This document shows positions 1-14,309 of a stretch of DNA of 64,000 bases, in pieces. The notes beneath the pieces were generated by a model. That model did not search any database. It was not told where the DNA came from and saw only the letters and a program-made list of their open reading frames with translations. A program made the position numbers and the translations under genes. Every line of letters begins with the position of its first letter. The stretch's first letter is position 1. The stretch is from NCBI RefSeq assembly GCF_009914755.1, contig NC_060937.1. One strand, 5' to 3'. Source of the stretch: the human T2T-CHM13v2.0 reference genome, Homo sapiens.

Positions 1-3000
1 CTGATAGTTTTAGATTTTCATCATGGTAATTGTTAGCATACTAACAAGATGATAGGAGTCGTCTTACCAGAAGTTTCTGAAGATGAAAAATCCAAGCCAG
101 TTTTAAAATTAATCTACTTATGCTAAAAATTGGTAATGAATATGGTTTCTCACAATAAAGATATGAAAAGGTATTATTTGATGCATGTACTTAATTGAAA
201 ATTCATGACAGGGAACGGTTTTGATGTGGGCCAAGGAAACAATAAATGAATAGGAGAAAGAATGATGTCTATAGCCAATAATTTCAGGAGAATTTCTGAT
301 AAGGCAAGAAGACATAGGGGTCTCCAGTAGAGATACTGGAAAACATTTATTACTCAAGCAGTTTCTATGAACCTGCTGGGCGTATTTCAATAGGGAAACA
401 AATGATATGTTGAAGGGTAATGTATTTTATTAAAGTTCTTTTCCATATGCATCTTATAAAGGCCCACATACCCTTCAAGACAAGGGCATGCATAAAATTT
501 GTTACAAAATTTGACATCTATACTTAAAATAAAATAAGAACAAATGCTAAGTTCCTGACATTTTCTTGTCACTTGCACTTTATACATCTCAGTATTAAAT
601 TTGCTTCTATTTTCTTGATGTTTTTTATTCTTACCCAGCATCAAGACTCAGATCATTGTAAACTTTGCTGAAATTGGCTGCAAAGGCCAAATTTATTAAC
701 ATTATAGAGACTGACAGTATGACTGATAGCCTAATAGTTATAATTATCATTTAACTTTTATTTTCTATCAAAAGTATGAGAGCACTAGATAGTTTCATAG
801 TTGTTGTTTCCCTGGGAATCCAGGCTAAGTGCAATGACAAGACTGTTATTTTTGTGTAGTCCATTAAACTGCAGTCCTTTCATTTTATGTTTTTGCACAT
901 GATTGGTGTCCTCATTGACAGGGTATAATGCTATGCTTCATTATCTGCATTAAATTTTTACAAACATGCATTTTGGTTACAAAATAAGATAATGAAATGG
1001 TTTTTTTTAAGAGAACTGAGAGGATTATTTTCAGGGCTCTTTAAATAATTTTTCAAAGAGAATAACATTAAAATGGTGCTGTACCTACCCTACTGATCTT
1101 TAGAAATAAATATATTTTTTTAAATAAAACTTTTCATATACATTATGTATTATTTGTAGTTATAAATACACTTATTTCCAAAATGTGTGTATATACACAT
1201 TTGGGAGAGAAAAACATATATTTTGACATGTGCCAAGGAAACAACATATATATATTTGTATATATCTATGTAATATATTCATAGATATATATGAATTATA
1301 AATTTATGATACCAAAATAGGATTAGATTATATTTCAAAAACAATTTGAAAAAAGTGATAAAAAAAGCCAAAGAAAAAAGTCTATATTTTTTTTTTAAAA
1401 AAGGAACCTCACACATTAAAAATACACACGCACACACACAGACACGTATAATCTAATTTAATTGGTCATACTACATACAGTGTCCTAGACTCCAAGATCA
1501 CCTTCATTAAAAGCTATAAGTATTGATGTTACAAAGTTATATGCTTCATATTCAAATAGATATCATCATAAATACTTGAATTTCATTGAATTGAATACAT
1601 ATAATAGCAATGTGAACTTCCTTCTTAGAGTAGATTAACATATTAGGGAAAGCAATGATCAATACAATAAATAAAACATTACATTTTAAGGCTGAATAAT
1701 ATTCCATTGTATGATTATGTCACAATTATTTTATTCATCCATTGATAAACATTTGGGTTGTTTCCATATTTTAGTTATTGTGAATAAATCTGCAATTAAC
1801 ATGGAATGGAGCTAGTTCTTCAAGATCCTGATTTCACTTCTATTACATATGTACAGGTGGGATTGATGGTTCATATGGTAGTTCTATTTTCAATTTTTGG
1901 GGGAACCTCCATGTTGTTTTCCATAGCAGCTGCATCATTTTACATTCCTGCCAATAGTGTACAAGTAAGTGTTACAATTTCTTCACAGCCTCACCAACAC
2001 TTGTTATCTTGTTTCTTTTTTTTTTTTAACGGCCCTCCTAACAGGAGTAAGGCAATATCCTTTTATGGCTTTGATTCACATTTCCTAATGATTAGTGACA
2101 TTATGCACTTTTTTGGTATACCAGTTGGCTATTTGTAAATATTCTTTGGAGAAATGTCTATTGAAGTCCTTTCCCCATTTTTAAGATTGGGTTATTGGTA
2201 TTTTTAGTTTGTATTTTTATTTTTTGCTATTGAGTTGTAGGAGCTCCTTACATATTTTGAATACCCCTTATCAAATATATGATTTGCAAATACTTTCTCT
2301 CATTATGTGGGTTGCATTTTCATCCTGTTGAATGTTTATTTGTTGTGCAGAAGGCTTTAGTTTTATATGGTCTGACACCTATTTTTGGTTTTGCTACCTG
2401 TGTTTTCAGTGTCATATCCAACACATTATTGCCAAATGTCCAGAGGCTTTTATGTTTTCTTCTAATAGTCTTAATTTGAAGTATTACTTTTTTAAGCCTT
2501 TAATCCATTTTGAGCTAAGATTTTTGTATGATGTAAGATAGAGTCCAATTTCATTCTTTTGCATGTAGACATCCAGTTTCCCAATATTTAAATAAAAACT
2601 GTCCTTTCCTAAATGTATACTATTGACACTCTTGTCAAAGATCAATTGACCGCATATGTGTGAGTTTATTTCTAGGCTTTCTGTTCTGTTTCACTGTTAT
2701 ATGTGTCTAGGTTTATGCCAGTACCATACTGTTTTAATTCCTATAGCCTTGTAATATATTTTGAATAAAGAACTATAATTTCTCCAACTCTGCTCTTCTT
2801 TATCAAGATTGTTCTGGCTATTTTGATATTTTTTTGTGGTCCCTTATAAATTTTAAAATTCTTTCTGTTTCTGTAAAAAAAAAAAGTCATTTGGGATGTT
2901 GATGGGAATAGCATTGAATCTACAGATAATTTTAGGTAGTATGTACATCTCATCAATATTAGATCTTCCAACTATGAACACAAAATGTCTTTCCATTAAT

Positions 3001-3194
3001 TTGTGTCTTTAATTTCTTTCATTGATTTTTTTTTTTAAGTTTTCAGTGATGAAGTCCTTCACTTCCTTGGTGAAGTTTGTTCCTAAGTATTTAAATCTTT
3101 TTTTATGGAAGATAAAATTGTTTTATTTCTTTTTTGGATACTTCATTGTTAGTGTACACAAACAGATCTGATTTTTGTGTGTTGATTTTTAAAA

Positions 3195-4905
3195 TTAAAT
3201 TAATTTTTAATTGACATGTAATAATTATATTTTCATACAAGTATATAATGTGTAATGATCAAATCAGAGTAATTGGCATATCCATCATCACAAATATTTA
3301 TATTATTTATTATTGTTGGGAACATTAAAAACCCTCTCTTCTAGCTATTTGAAAATATACCATAAATTATTGTCAATTGTAGTCACCTAACAGTGCTATA
3401 GAATACTAAAACTTATTCCTCCTATGCGTTAACCAACCTCTCCCTATTCCCCCACCCCTCTTTCCTTCCCAGACTCTAACAATTACAATACTATTATCTA
3501 CTTTTATGAGCTCAATTTTTTTAGCTCCCACATATGGGTGAGACATTCTGCTATTTATGTTTCTGTGCTTGACTTATTTCAGTTAACATAATGTCCTCCA
3601 GTTTCATCTATGTTGCTGTGAATGACAGAATTGCATTATTTTTATGGCTGGATAGTATGCCATTGTGTATATATGCCACATTTTAAAAATCCATTCATCT
3701 AGTGATGAATATTTAGGTTAATATCCTGGCTATCATGAATAGTGCTGCAATAATTATGGGGGTGCAGGTATCTTTTGATATACTGACTTTCTTCCCTTTG
3801 AATAAATACCCAGTAGTGAGATTGCTGGATCATATCATAGTTCTATTTTAGGTTCTTTGATAAACTTCTAAACTGTTTTCCATAATGGCAGTACCAATTT
3901 AACCTTCATACTGACCATAAATAAGAATTCCCTTTTTCTCTGCATACTCGCCAGCACTTCTTTTTGTTTGATTTTGTTTTGTTTTGTTTTTGATGAAAGC
4001 CATTCTAACTGCAGTGAAATGATGTCTCACTGTTCTTTTGATCTGCATTTCTCTGATGATTAGTGGTGCTGAGCATTTTTTTCATATATTTCGCCATTTT
4101 GTACCTTCTTTAGAGAAATGTCTATTTAGAGCCTTTGCCCATTTTTTAATCCCATTTTTTTTTTCTGTTGAGTTCCTCGTCTAGTCAGGGTATTAAAATC
4201 CCTGTTGAATAAATAGTTTGCAAATATTTCCTCCCATTCCGTAGGTTATCTCTTCACTTTTTCAGTTGTTTCCTTTGGTGTGTAGAAGCTTTTTACCTTG
4301 ATGTGATCCCACTTATCCATTTTTGCTTTGGTTGCCTATGCTTTCTTTTGTGATCTTACTCAATAAATATTTGCACAGACAAAATGTCCTGGAGAGTTTC
4401 CCCAGAGTTTTCTTCTAGTAGTATCATAGTGTCAGGTCTTAGATTTAAGTCTTTAATCCATTGTGATTCGATTTTTGTATATGGTACTAGAAGGGGTTCT
4501 GGTTTCATTTTTCTGCCTACATATACCTAGTTTTTCCAGCATCATTTATTGAAGAGGCTATCATTTTCCCAATTTATATTCTTGGGAACTTTATTAAAAA
4601 TGAGTTGACTATAAATATCTGGATTTACTTTGGGATTTTCTATTCTGTTGCATTGTTACATGTGTCTGTTATTATGTCAGTACTGTCCCATTTTGGTTAC
4701 TATAGATTTATAGTATAATTTGAAGTCAGGTAATGCAATGCCTTCACCTTTTGCTCAGGATTGCTTTGGCTATTTGGGTTATTTTGTGGTTCAATAAAAA
4801 TTTTAGGATATTTTTTCTATTTCTGTAAATATGTCATTGTTATAGTGATAGGAATTACATTACAACTGGAGATCACTTTGAGAAGTATGATAATTTTAAC
4901 AATAT
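3195..4905 (-). mobile_element. L1MA-type element (3' UTR plus ORF2 end) nested in the older L1
   Basis: Begins with an L1MA-type 3' end (taatgatcaaatcagagtaattggcatatccatc; ctagctatttgaaaatatac), then repeats the same ORF2 segment seen at 1683-2970. Confidence 0.85.
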
Positions 4906-4933
4906 TTTTTTAAGTTGTGATTTATGTTGATAA

Positions 4934-5236
4934 TTTTTCTTTTTTGATACAAGGTGTCTGTCTGACATCCAAGTTGGAGTGGAGTGGCATGATCCTAGCA
5001 CACTCCAGCCTCGAACTCCTGAGCTGAAGCAATCTTCCAGCCTCAGCCTCCCAAGAAGCTGGGATTATAGGTATGCGCCACTGCACCCAGTTGATTTATT
5101 TTTATTTTTATTTTTAGTAGAAACTGGGTCCCATTATGTTGCCCCAGTTGGTTTTGAACCCCTGGCTTCGAGCAATACTTCTACCCTGGCCTCCCAAAGC
5201 TCTGAGATTATAGACATGAGCTGTAATACTACTGGG
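4934..5236 (-). mobile_element. Alu (AluJ-like)
   Basis: Poly-T followed by two diverged antisense Alu arms (ggagtggagtggcatgatc...ctcccaaagctctgagattatagacatgagc). Confidence 0.9.
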
Positions 5237-5387
5237 TACTTCTTATTCCTACTGGGTATTTATTCAAATGCCAGATATATGTTGATAATTTATTCTACAG
5301 CTTTACTGAATTGGCTTACTAATTCTAAGAATTTTCTTGTGGAGTCTTTAGGAATTTCTACATGTAATGTCATGTCATTTTCAAATC

Positions 5388-6510
5388 TACTTTTATACCC
5401 CAAGAAACTAGCAAAAGAAAAACCAATTCAGCCCAAAGTTAGCAGAAGAAAGGAAATAATAAAGATTGGAGCAGAAAAAAAATAGAGGGTAGAAAAACAA
5501 TTTTAAAAATTGACAAAACTAAGGTTGGTTTTTTAAAATGATAAACAAAATTAACAAACATTAACTATACTATGAAGAAAATGCTTAAATAAATATACTT
5601 AGAAATAAAAGAGTAGACTTTAAAACTAATGTACATAAATAAAAAGTATTATAGAAACTACTGTGAATGATTATACACCAACAAATTGAGAAACCTAGGA
5701 GACATAGATTCATTCCTTGAAACTTAATCTACAATGATGGAATCATGAAGAAATAGAAAATTTGAACAAACACACAATCAGTAAAAATATTTAATTGGAA
5801 ACAATACATATATGATTAATTTACATTTATTACAGTGTCCTAACAATGTAAAGTCCAGAATCAGATGGTATCACTGGTAAATTCTACCAAATATTTAAGA
5901 AAAAATTAATGTCAATTAATGCTTCCAAAAAATTGAAGAGGAGGGAATATTTCCAAAGTTATTTTATGTGCCCAGCATTACCCTGATACCAAAGCCATAG
6001 ACACTGCAAGAAAAGAAAACTACAGGCCAATATCCCTGATAAACACAGATGCAAAAACCCTCAACAAAACACTAACTAAACAAATTTAACATCAAATTAA
6101 AAAGACCATCTAACATAACTAAGTGGGAGTTATTCCTGGGGTGTAAGGATTATTCAGCATATGCAAGCCAATTAATATGATACACCACATTAACAGAATG
6201 AAGCATAAAAATCACGTAATCATCTCAATTGATGTACAAAAAACAATGGACAAAATTTAGCACTATTTCATAATAAAAACTCAACAAACAAGATATAGAA
6301 TTAACCTCCAGATAATAAATGTCATGTATGACAAGCCCACCAGTAACATCATGCACAACAGTGAAAAAATAAACACTCTTCATCTAAGACGAGAAAGATG
6401 ACAAGGTTGCCCACTCTTGCCACATTTACTCAGCAAGTGCTGCATGTCCTTGCCAGAGCAATTAGGCAAAAAAGCATTCAAATTGGAAAGGAAGAAATGA
6501 AATTACTGTT
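5388..6510 (+). mobile_element. L1 ORF2 fragment (inverted 5' segment of the 1683-5385 element)
   Basis: Sense L1 ORF2: cccaaagttagcagaagaaaggaaataataaag, aaagaaaactacaggccaatatccctgat, ending ggaaaggaagaaatgaaattactgtt. Many stops and frameshifts. Confidence 0.9.
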
Positions 6511-6819
6511 GAAAAGATTAAGTCTCTTAAAATGTATATTCAAAAACAGCTTTTAAATCTTATATTTCAATGGTGAATAGTTATAATGAACATATAGATA
6601 TTACTTTGGATTTTATATTATTTTGCTTTTCCCAGGATTTGGTCCCTTTTTCATGTTACTTTTTTTAGTGGAATGAACATACTCCTGCAGATTTTTATCC
6701 TTAAGGGCAATTTGTGGTGACTGCCTCTACATTGGAAGCCAAGGAAATCAAGTTTTTACCTCTCCTTTCCACTTATATAATCAGATTTTAGGCAATGGAA
6801 TTGAGTGTATCCAATTTGA

Positions 6820-7284
6820 GTAACTGGATGTTTGCCCCCCAAACATCATGTTGAAATTCGATCCCCAGCATTGGCAGTAGGGCCTAATAGAAGGTGTTTG
6901 AGTCGTGGGAGTGGATTTCTTATAAACGGATTGATGCCAGCCCTGGGATGGGGAACAGGGAGTATGAGTGAGTTATTACTGTTGATTTCCGTGAGAGCTA
7001 TTTTAGAAAAATAGCTTAGCACATCTTTCCAGTCTCTCTTTCACCATGTAATCTCTTTACTTGATGGATGGCTTTGCCTTCCACCATGAGCGGAAACAGC
7101 CTGAGGCCCACACCTATGCCAAATCTTGAAACTTCTAGGCAGGAGAACAGTGAGCTAAATAAACCTCTTTTCTTAGTAAATATATATAGTATATATGTAT
7201 AATATCATAAGTTATAAATTACCCAGCTTCAAATAAAAATTATCAACATAACTTTTATACAGCAACACAAAACAAACTAAGACA
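6820..7284 (+). mobile_element. MaLR solo LTR (MST/MLT1A-like)
   Basis: catgttgaaattcgatcccc...ttccaccatgag...aataaacctcttttct...ataaattacccag...cagcaacacaaaacaaactaagaca. Confidence 0.75.
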
Positions 7285-7594
7285 CCAACCTAACAATCTT
7301 TAACAGAATTCTGACTCTTTAGCCAACAATGCAAGAGCTACTTTGAGGCTGAAAATAAACCATTGCAACTTTAGGGCAACAAGATTAGTGGCTGCAGAGT
7401 CCAAAGCAGACTATCTTCACTTTGAGATACTGTATTTTCTGCATTGTCCCTCTTGCCTGCAGAAACCGCCTTGCTGTCTGTCTTTTCCCACACTTAGTTA
7501 GCTGGTATCCCATCTATTCCAACATCTCAATAGATTTCCAGTTTCTTGCTTAAGTAACTGAAATATGGTATGGTTACTATTGTTTGAAATCACC

Positions 7595-7830
7595 CATTCA
7601 TTAAATTATTCAACAAAGTTCATTGAATGTCTATTCAGTGTCAGCATTGTTTCTGTGAGTCAAGATATATCAATGAAAAAATCAAATATTCCAATGTAAG
7701 CTTATGTTTTAAAAGAGAGACATAAACCATAAACAGAAAACATAGTATGTATATTATATCATGTGTTAGCAGTTGATCAACCTTAAGGAAAAATTAAACA
7801 AGGTAAAGAAGATCTGGAAGATGGACAGTC
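7595..7830 (-). mobile_element. L2 fragment
   Basis: cattcattaaattattcaacaaagttcattgaatgtctattcagtgtcagcattgt resembles an antisense L2 3' end. Confidence 0.5.
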
Positions 7831-8830
7831 AAGAGCAGAAAGAAGAATGAAGTTTCTTATTTCTTTTTTGATGTATCCATTAGATCCATTGTGATCTCAG
7901 CATCCTGAGAAATTAAAGCATCTTAACATTTAATAGAAACCTGAACTTTTCTTCATAACAAAAATAAATGTTCAGCATAAAGTTGAGTGGAAAAAGTATT
8001 TTACAAAATACTACATGTTACTTCATTATATAAATTATATCTGTAATAGAGAATGGTAAAAATGAATTGAATTGTTCTTAGGGTTACTTTCTAGTGGTGA
8101 AGGTGTGAATTATTCATTTAATTTTTAACTTCTTCACTGTCTCAGAATTCTTACATTTCCATGTATAACTTTATAATAAAAACTAAATTAATAAAATTTA
8201 ACTTCCTGGTAAGATGATAGTTTATGAACTCTCATGTACTCTAACCAAACTTGCAAATAAAGCTTTAAGAAGTCACTAAAGAATACAAAAATTTCTGACA
8301 ATATAGATCAATGATGTAAATGACCTGTATATCAGAGACTGAGAAATTTCAACTAACTGAAACACTCAAGGGAACTGAATGCAAAAAAAAAAAATCAAGA
8401 TCTGGTCAAGCATCAATTTTGAACTAGAATAATGATAAAAGTACAACACTAAAGTGAGCAATTACATATAGGCACTATTCTGAGAACTTGCATATAATTT
8501 TTATATACTTTATTAGTTTCATTTAATTTTTTCATGAAAAAACTCCATATTACTGGTGAATAAACCAGTAGGCCTGTTATTTGAAGGAAGGCCTGACTTT
8601 CATCAAAACCTCATCCCAATTGTCTACTCACATTTCATAGTCATGGGAGTTGGATACACAAACAAATCCAATTTAGCACTCTCCCCATTATTGGAAAAAG
8701 TTATTCTTCCAGTAACCAGGTCAGTCTTTGCCACCCTCATTTCAATCTTGCCCAATTCAAACAATTATGTATATATGTGTATGTGTGTGTCCACCTCAAT
8801 CCTGATAAGCAACAGAGTTTTTTTGGGATT

Positions 8831-11127
8831 TGATATGGTTTGGCTCTGTGTCTGCACCCAAATCTCATCTTGAATTGTACTACAATAATTCCCACATGTT
8901 GTAGGCGGGACCAAGTGGGAGATAATTGAATTATGGGGGTTTTTCCCATGCTGTTCTCATGATAGTGAATGAGTCTCACAAGATCTGATGGTTTTATAAA
9001 GGGGAATTTACTGGCACAAGCTCTCTTCTCTTGTCTACTGCCATGTGAATCGTGCCTTTCATCTTCCACCATGAGTGTGAGGCCTCCCCAGCCATGTGGA
9101 ACTGTGAGTCCATTCAACCTCTTTATTTTGTAAATTGCCCAGTCTCATGTATGTCTTTATCAGCAGCATGAAAATGGGCTAAAACAGTAAATTGGTACCA
9201 GTAGAGTGAGGTGCTACTCTAAAGATACCTACAAATGTGTAAGTGACTTTGGAACTGGGTAACAGGCAGGGATTGGAACAGTCTGGAGAACACAGAAGAA
9301 GACAGAAAGATGTGAGAAAGTTTGGAACTCCCTAGAGACTTGTTGAATGGGTTTGGCTAAAATGCTGATAATGATATGGACAGTGAAATCCAGGCTGAGG
9401 TGGTCTCAGATGGAGATGAGGAACTTGTTGGGAACAGGAGCAAAGGTGACACTTGTTATGTTTGAGCAAAAAGACTGGTGGCATTTTGCACCTGCCCTAG
9501 GGATTTTTGGAACTTTGAACTTGAGAGAGATGATTTAGGGTATCTGGCAGAAGAAATTTCTAAGAGGCAAAGCATTCAAGGGGCGACTTGGTTGCTGCTA
9601 AAGGCATTCAGTTTTATATGGGAAGCAGAGCACAAAAATTCAGAAAATTTGCAGCCTGATAATTTGATAGAAAAGAAAATCCCATTTTCTGGGGAGAAAT
9701 TCAAGCTAGCTGAAGAAGTTTACATATGTAATGAGGAGCTGAATGTTAATCCCCCAGACAATCAGAAAATATCTCCAGGGAAGATATGTCAGAGGTCTTA
9801 ACATCAGTCTGTCTCATCACAGGCCCAGAGGCATAGGAAGAAATAATGGTTTTGTGGGCCAGGCCCAGGATCCCCATGCTGTATGCAGCCTAGTGGCTTG
9901 GTTCCCTGCCTCCCAGCCACTCCAGATGTGGCTAAAAGGGACGAATGTAGAGCTTTGGATGTGGCTTCAGAGAGTGCAAGCCCCAAGCCTTGGCAGCTTC
10001 CACATGGTGTTGAGCCTGAGAGTGCATAGAAGTCAGGAATTGCAGTTTGGGAACTTCTGCCTAGATTTCAGAAGATGTATGGAACCAACTGGATGCTCAG
10101 GCAGAAGTTTGCTGCAGGGGTGGGGCCCGCACGTAGAAACTCTGCTAGGGCAGTGCAGAAGGAAAATGTGGGGTTGGTGCCCCCACACAGAGTCCCTTCT
10201 GGGGCACCACCTAGTGAAGCTCTGAGAAGAGGGCCACCCTCCTCCAGACCCTAGAATGATAGATCTACTGACAGCTTGAACTGCACATCTGGAAAAGCTG
10301 CAGACACTCAACACCAGCCCATGAAAGCAGCTGGGAGGGAGGCAGTACCTTTCAAAGCCACAGGGGCAGAGCTGCCCAAGACCATGGGAACCTATCTCTT
10401 GCATCAGCTTGACCTGGTGGTGAAACATGGAGTCAAAGGAGATCATTTTGGAGCTTTAAGATTTGACTGCTGCACTAGATTTTGGACTTGCATGGGGCCT
10501 GTGTAGCCCCTTTGTTATGGCCAGTTTCTCCCATTTGGAATGGTTGTGTTTATCCACTGCCTGTATCCCCAGTGTATCTAGAAAGTAACTGACTTTCTTT
10601 TGATTTTACAGGCCCATAGTTGGAAGGGACTTACCTTGTCCCAGATGAGACTTTGGATTGTGGACTTTTGAGTTAATGCTGCAATGAGTTAAGACTTTGG
10701 GGGACTATTGAGAAGGCATGATTGGTTTTGAAATCTGCAGACATGAGATTTGTCAGGAGCCATGAGCAGAATGATATGGTTTAGCTGTGTCCCCACCCAA
10801 ATCTCATCTTGAATTGTACTCCCATAATCCCCAAGTGTTGTGGGAGGCACCCGATGGGAGATAATTGAATTATGGTGGTGGGTCTTTCCTGTGCTGTAAT
10901 CATGATAGTGAATGATTCTCAGGAGTTCTGATGGTTTATAAACTGTAGTTTCCCTGCACAAGCTCTCTTCTCTGTCTGCAGCCATGTGAGACATGACTTT
11001 CACCTTCCACCATGATTGTGAAGCCTCCCCAACCACATGCAACTGCAAGTCCATTACACCTCTTTCTTTTGTAAATTGCCCAGTCTCAGGTATGTCTTTA
11101 TCAGCAGCATGAAAATGGTCTAATACA
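8831..11127 (+). mobile_element. Full-length THE1 (ERVL-MaLR) element: LTR 8831-9186, internal 9187-10771, LTR 10772-11127
   Basis: Two ~356-bp direct repeats (tgatatggtt...aaaca/taataca). The internal region starts gtaaattggtaccagtagag. 5-bp TSD ggatt/gggtt. Internal ORF pieces are fragmented. Confidence 0.95.
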
Positions 11128-13370
11128 GGGTTGAACTCTGAGATTTTAGTCTCTTTTAATTTGTGAGTGGGAAAGAACTTCATTGACAGCCTTTAAGAAG
11201 TAGACTTAAATTATAGGAGGATACAAATAGCTTTGCCTTCTCATAAAATGAAATACACACACAAACACACAGACAAAATTTTTCTATATCAATAGAAACA
11301 AAAAACAAAGTCTTTCAATAAAGTTTAATGAATAAATAGGAGATTAAGATCTTTAGTTAATGTATAGCTATCGCAAGTCAATTTCAAAAAAAAAAGCTAA
11401 GTCTCTATTTTGTATAGAAGAACTCTTCCAATTACATTAGCACTAGCTTAAAAGATTCCAAACTAGAGCATTTATTTTACCACAACTGGTTCTTACCAGA
11501 CATAACAGATAAAGAACCATGAATTCTTGTGACCTCAGTGTGCCAAACTCTTTCTGGACCTAACCGTAGACACAATCTTGACCAATCAACAATGGTACTT
11601 GTTTTAACCAGGTGGATACAGGCCTATGGACTCATTCTTATGTGGTTAGAATATTTTCTTTTTATTCTTAATGAGTCACTTCCTTTCTTTTTAGCATATA
11701 CAAGCCCTTTAACATTTTTCCTAGCAATCTGGTCAGTGGATTTCTTCACTGTTACATGTCCCCTTGTCTGGCAAGAGGAAAGTGTTTTTATCTTTATATT
11801 GCAATCTAAATGAGCAAAAACCAGTATATGTTTCAAGAAAACGTTAAATACCAATGACATACAAATTTAGCTAAACTACACATTTACTGATAATGAAGTA
11901 AATAAAAACAAAATAAGAATAATTTTATATTCGCTCAAGAATTTGTTATTATATGGGGGATGAGAGTATATGGAAGTGAATAAAAATATAGAGTAACTGT
12001 CTTTAAGTATTTGATTGTATTTTTAAACACTGAAAAACAATACAAATCTAAAGTATGGTAAAATAGGTGCTATCACATACAACTTCATATATACATTGAT
12101 GCAACAATTTTGAAAAGTAGTTTGGTAGGATACAACAATAGCTATAACATGTGCATATTCAACAATTTTACCACTTGAGCCTCCATCTTGAGAAACTTTA
12201 TATTAAAAATTATTTGCAAAATTTTTGTATGCTTACTTATAATGAAGAATTAGAAATAATCAAAAGATACAGTGAAGGAACTGCAAAATAGATTATGCCA
12301 AATCTGTGTAAACTACATTATGAAATACCAAAAAAGATGCTTATGTAATATCTACCAAAATATAATAAATGACTCAAAATAAATGATACTTATAAGAAAA
12401 CAAAATTAAAAATTGTATAGTAATATAACCTTATTTGTGTAAAATATGCTGAGAAAAAGTGGATGTTAATAAATAACAATATTTAAAATTATTTGTCTTT
12501 AGGTGATCCTTTTCTTTATATTTTTCTATATCACACATTTTCCAAAATAAGAACATTTTCCTTTCTAAAATTTTTTTCAACTTTGCTGTTTCTATGTCAT
12601 TTTGTTTTGACACTGAAATGTTAGGTTATCAGGAATTAGAAAGACTTTGAAGTAATTTATTTTACTTTTTTTTCTTTTTAGAAATTCTGTGGCGTAACAA
12701 GTTGCTGTCACACTGGCTTTTTAAAATATATGTATATATTTGAAATACACATGCACACAACTAAGTTAGATTCGTCCACCGTTACTAATAGAAAACTACA
12801 ATGTAGTGGCTTAAAAGGAGAAGGAATTCTGTTTCTCATGGTTCAGTGTGAATGAGTGCAGTATTCAAAAACATGAAGTCAGAGTCCAGTACTCAAGTTC
12901 TGTATCACTGAACATCCTGTGGAAGGCCACCAGTCAAAGAGCAGCAAGAGCACACCTAAATTAGGATTATTAGCTTGCTTCAGCTAAGGAGAAAGTTCTT
13001 CATGAGAGCCATCTAACCTCTTGGAATCAGTTCAATAAGTGGTTATCTCGGGAAGTTTTATTAAGAGTCAGAAGAAATGAAGCTAGGCTGGGCATGTCTT
13101 TGCTCAGAAGAAAAAATTGTTACCATCTTGCATTAGCTTTGTGGTCTTTTTGAATAATAATTATATTACCAAAACTAGAGAGAAAAAGTAAAAGATCTAT
13201 AGCATTGCTAACATCTACTGTATGTAATTTGTTATATTTTTTATTATGTATAATAAATGCTATTCAGGCTCTTCTCAATATTACATGCTTACATTTCAGC
13301 TAAGAAAATGGTAAATTGTATTCCATAGACATATAACTTGTAGAAAAATCATTAATTTAAAAAGAGCCAT

Positions 13371-13530
13371 AGCCAGGCACTGTGGCTTATACCTATAATC
13401 CTAGCTATTCACGCTGTCTAGATGGGAGCATCCCTTGAGTCCAGTAGTTCCAGGCTGCAGTGAGCTATGATCCTGCCACTACACTGCAGCCTGGGAAACA
13501 GAGGGAGTTCCCCATCTCTTGAAAAAAAAA
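13371..13530 (+). mobile_element. Alu monomer (FRAM/FAM-like)
   Basis: Single arm agccaggcactgtggct...gctgcagtgagctatgatc...A-tail. TSD-like aaagagccat/aaagcggcat. Confidence 0.8.
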
Positions 13531-14274
13531 GCGGCATCCATATTCTAAGTATAAATTATTATTATTTGTCTAGGTTTTGCCAATGCACTTTATTATATAA
13601 TATTAAGTATTGATTAAACTTACATATGGTATACAATTAGCTATTTCTTTCCTAAATGTAAGAAATCTTCTTATGTTTTTATGTTTTTAAGAAGAGGAAA
13701 ACTAACCTGAATCTTAAACACATTTCATGTATGATACACTTCCTATATTACTCTTATAAGACAAAGACAATATCAAATAAAGAAAATCTTGACAATTATG
13801 TAGTCATAAGCTTTTAAACAAGAACCAAATAGATACTAGATGAATTTTCTCCTTTGGATATAAAAAAAAATACTGAAGATGTAGTCATTTCGGGCAGCTG
13901 CATTCCATATTTAGGGAAAGTTATACAGTTTTTTTTTCAAAAAAATATTAAATATTATTAAGATATTGAAAGAAAATGAGATATGTTATGCATGTTCCTA
14001 GTATATCCCACACTAATAAACACATTTTTACAAAACTTTATAATATAATAGATATGTAATGATGTATTTATATAATGTGATTGTTTTCTAAAAGCAGTAA
14101 AACAACAAAATATTCAAAGTCTATTTATATATATTAATATTATGTTTTGTAAATTTTTTCTTCTAATTGAACTTTTAAAACAGTTTTAAAGTACTGTCAG
14201 AAACTTATGGTGATGACTTTGAAAAATAAAGGATAATATAGGAAATGACTAGTTACACTGCCTCAGTGAGTGGA

Positions 14275-14309
<35 letters not shown>

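Larger units (their letters stand above)
1683..5385 (-). mobile_element. Old L1 (L1M-type) ORF2 3' region, non-inverted part; interrupted by a second L1 and an Alu
   Basis: Antisense L1 ORF2 hallmarks (ggctgaataatattccattgt, ttggagaaatgtctattgaagtcc, ccagtaccatactgtttt). It breaks at ~3190 (gatttttgtgtgttgattt) and resumes at ~5285 (ctttactgaatt...gtggagtctttagg). Confidence 0.85.

Noticed and set aside
4979-5485. 168-aa ORF
   Set aside because: Chimeric read-through of an antisense Alu and the L1 inversion junction.
9347-10506. Overlapping 60-160-aa ORFs (also at 42627-43953)
   Set aside because: Fragments of decayed THE1 internal sequence, not host genes.
11529-11860. ORF pair considered as a possible processed pseudogene
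   Set aside because: No recognisable protein, polyA tail or TSD.
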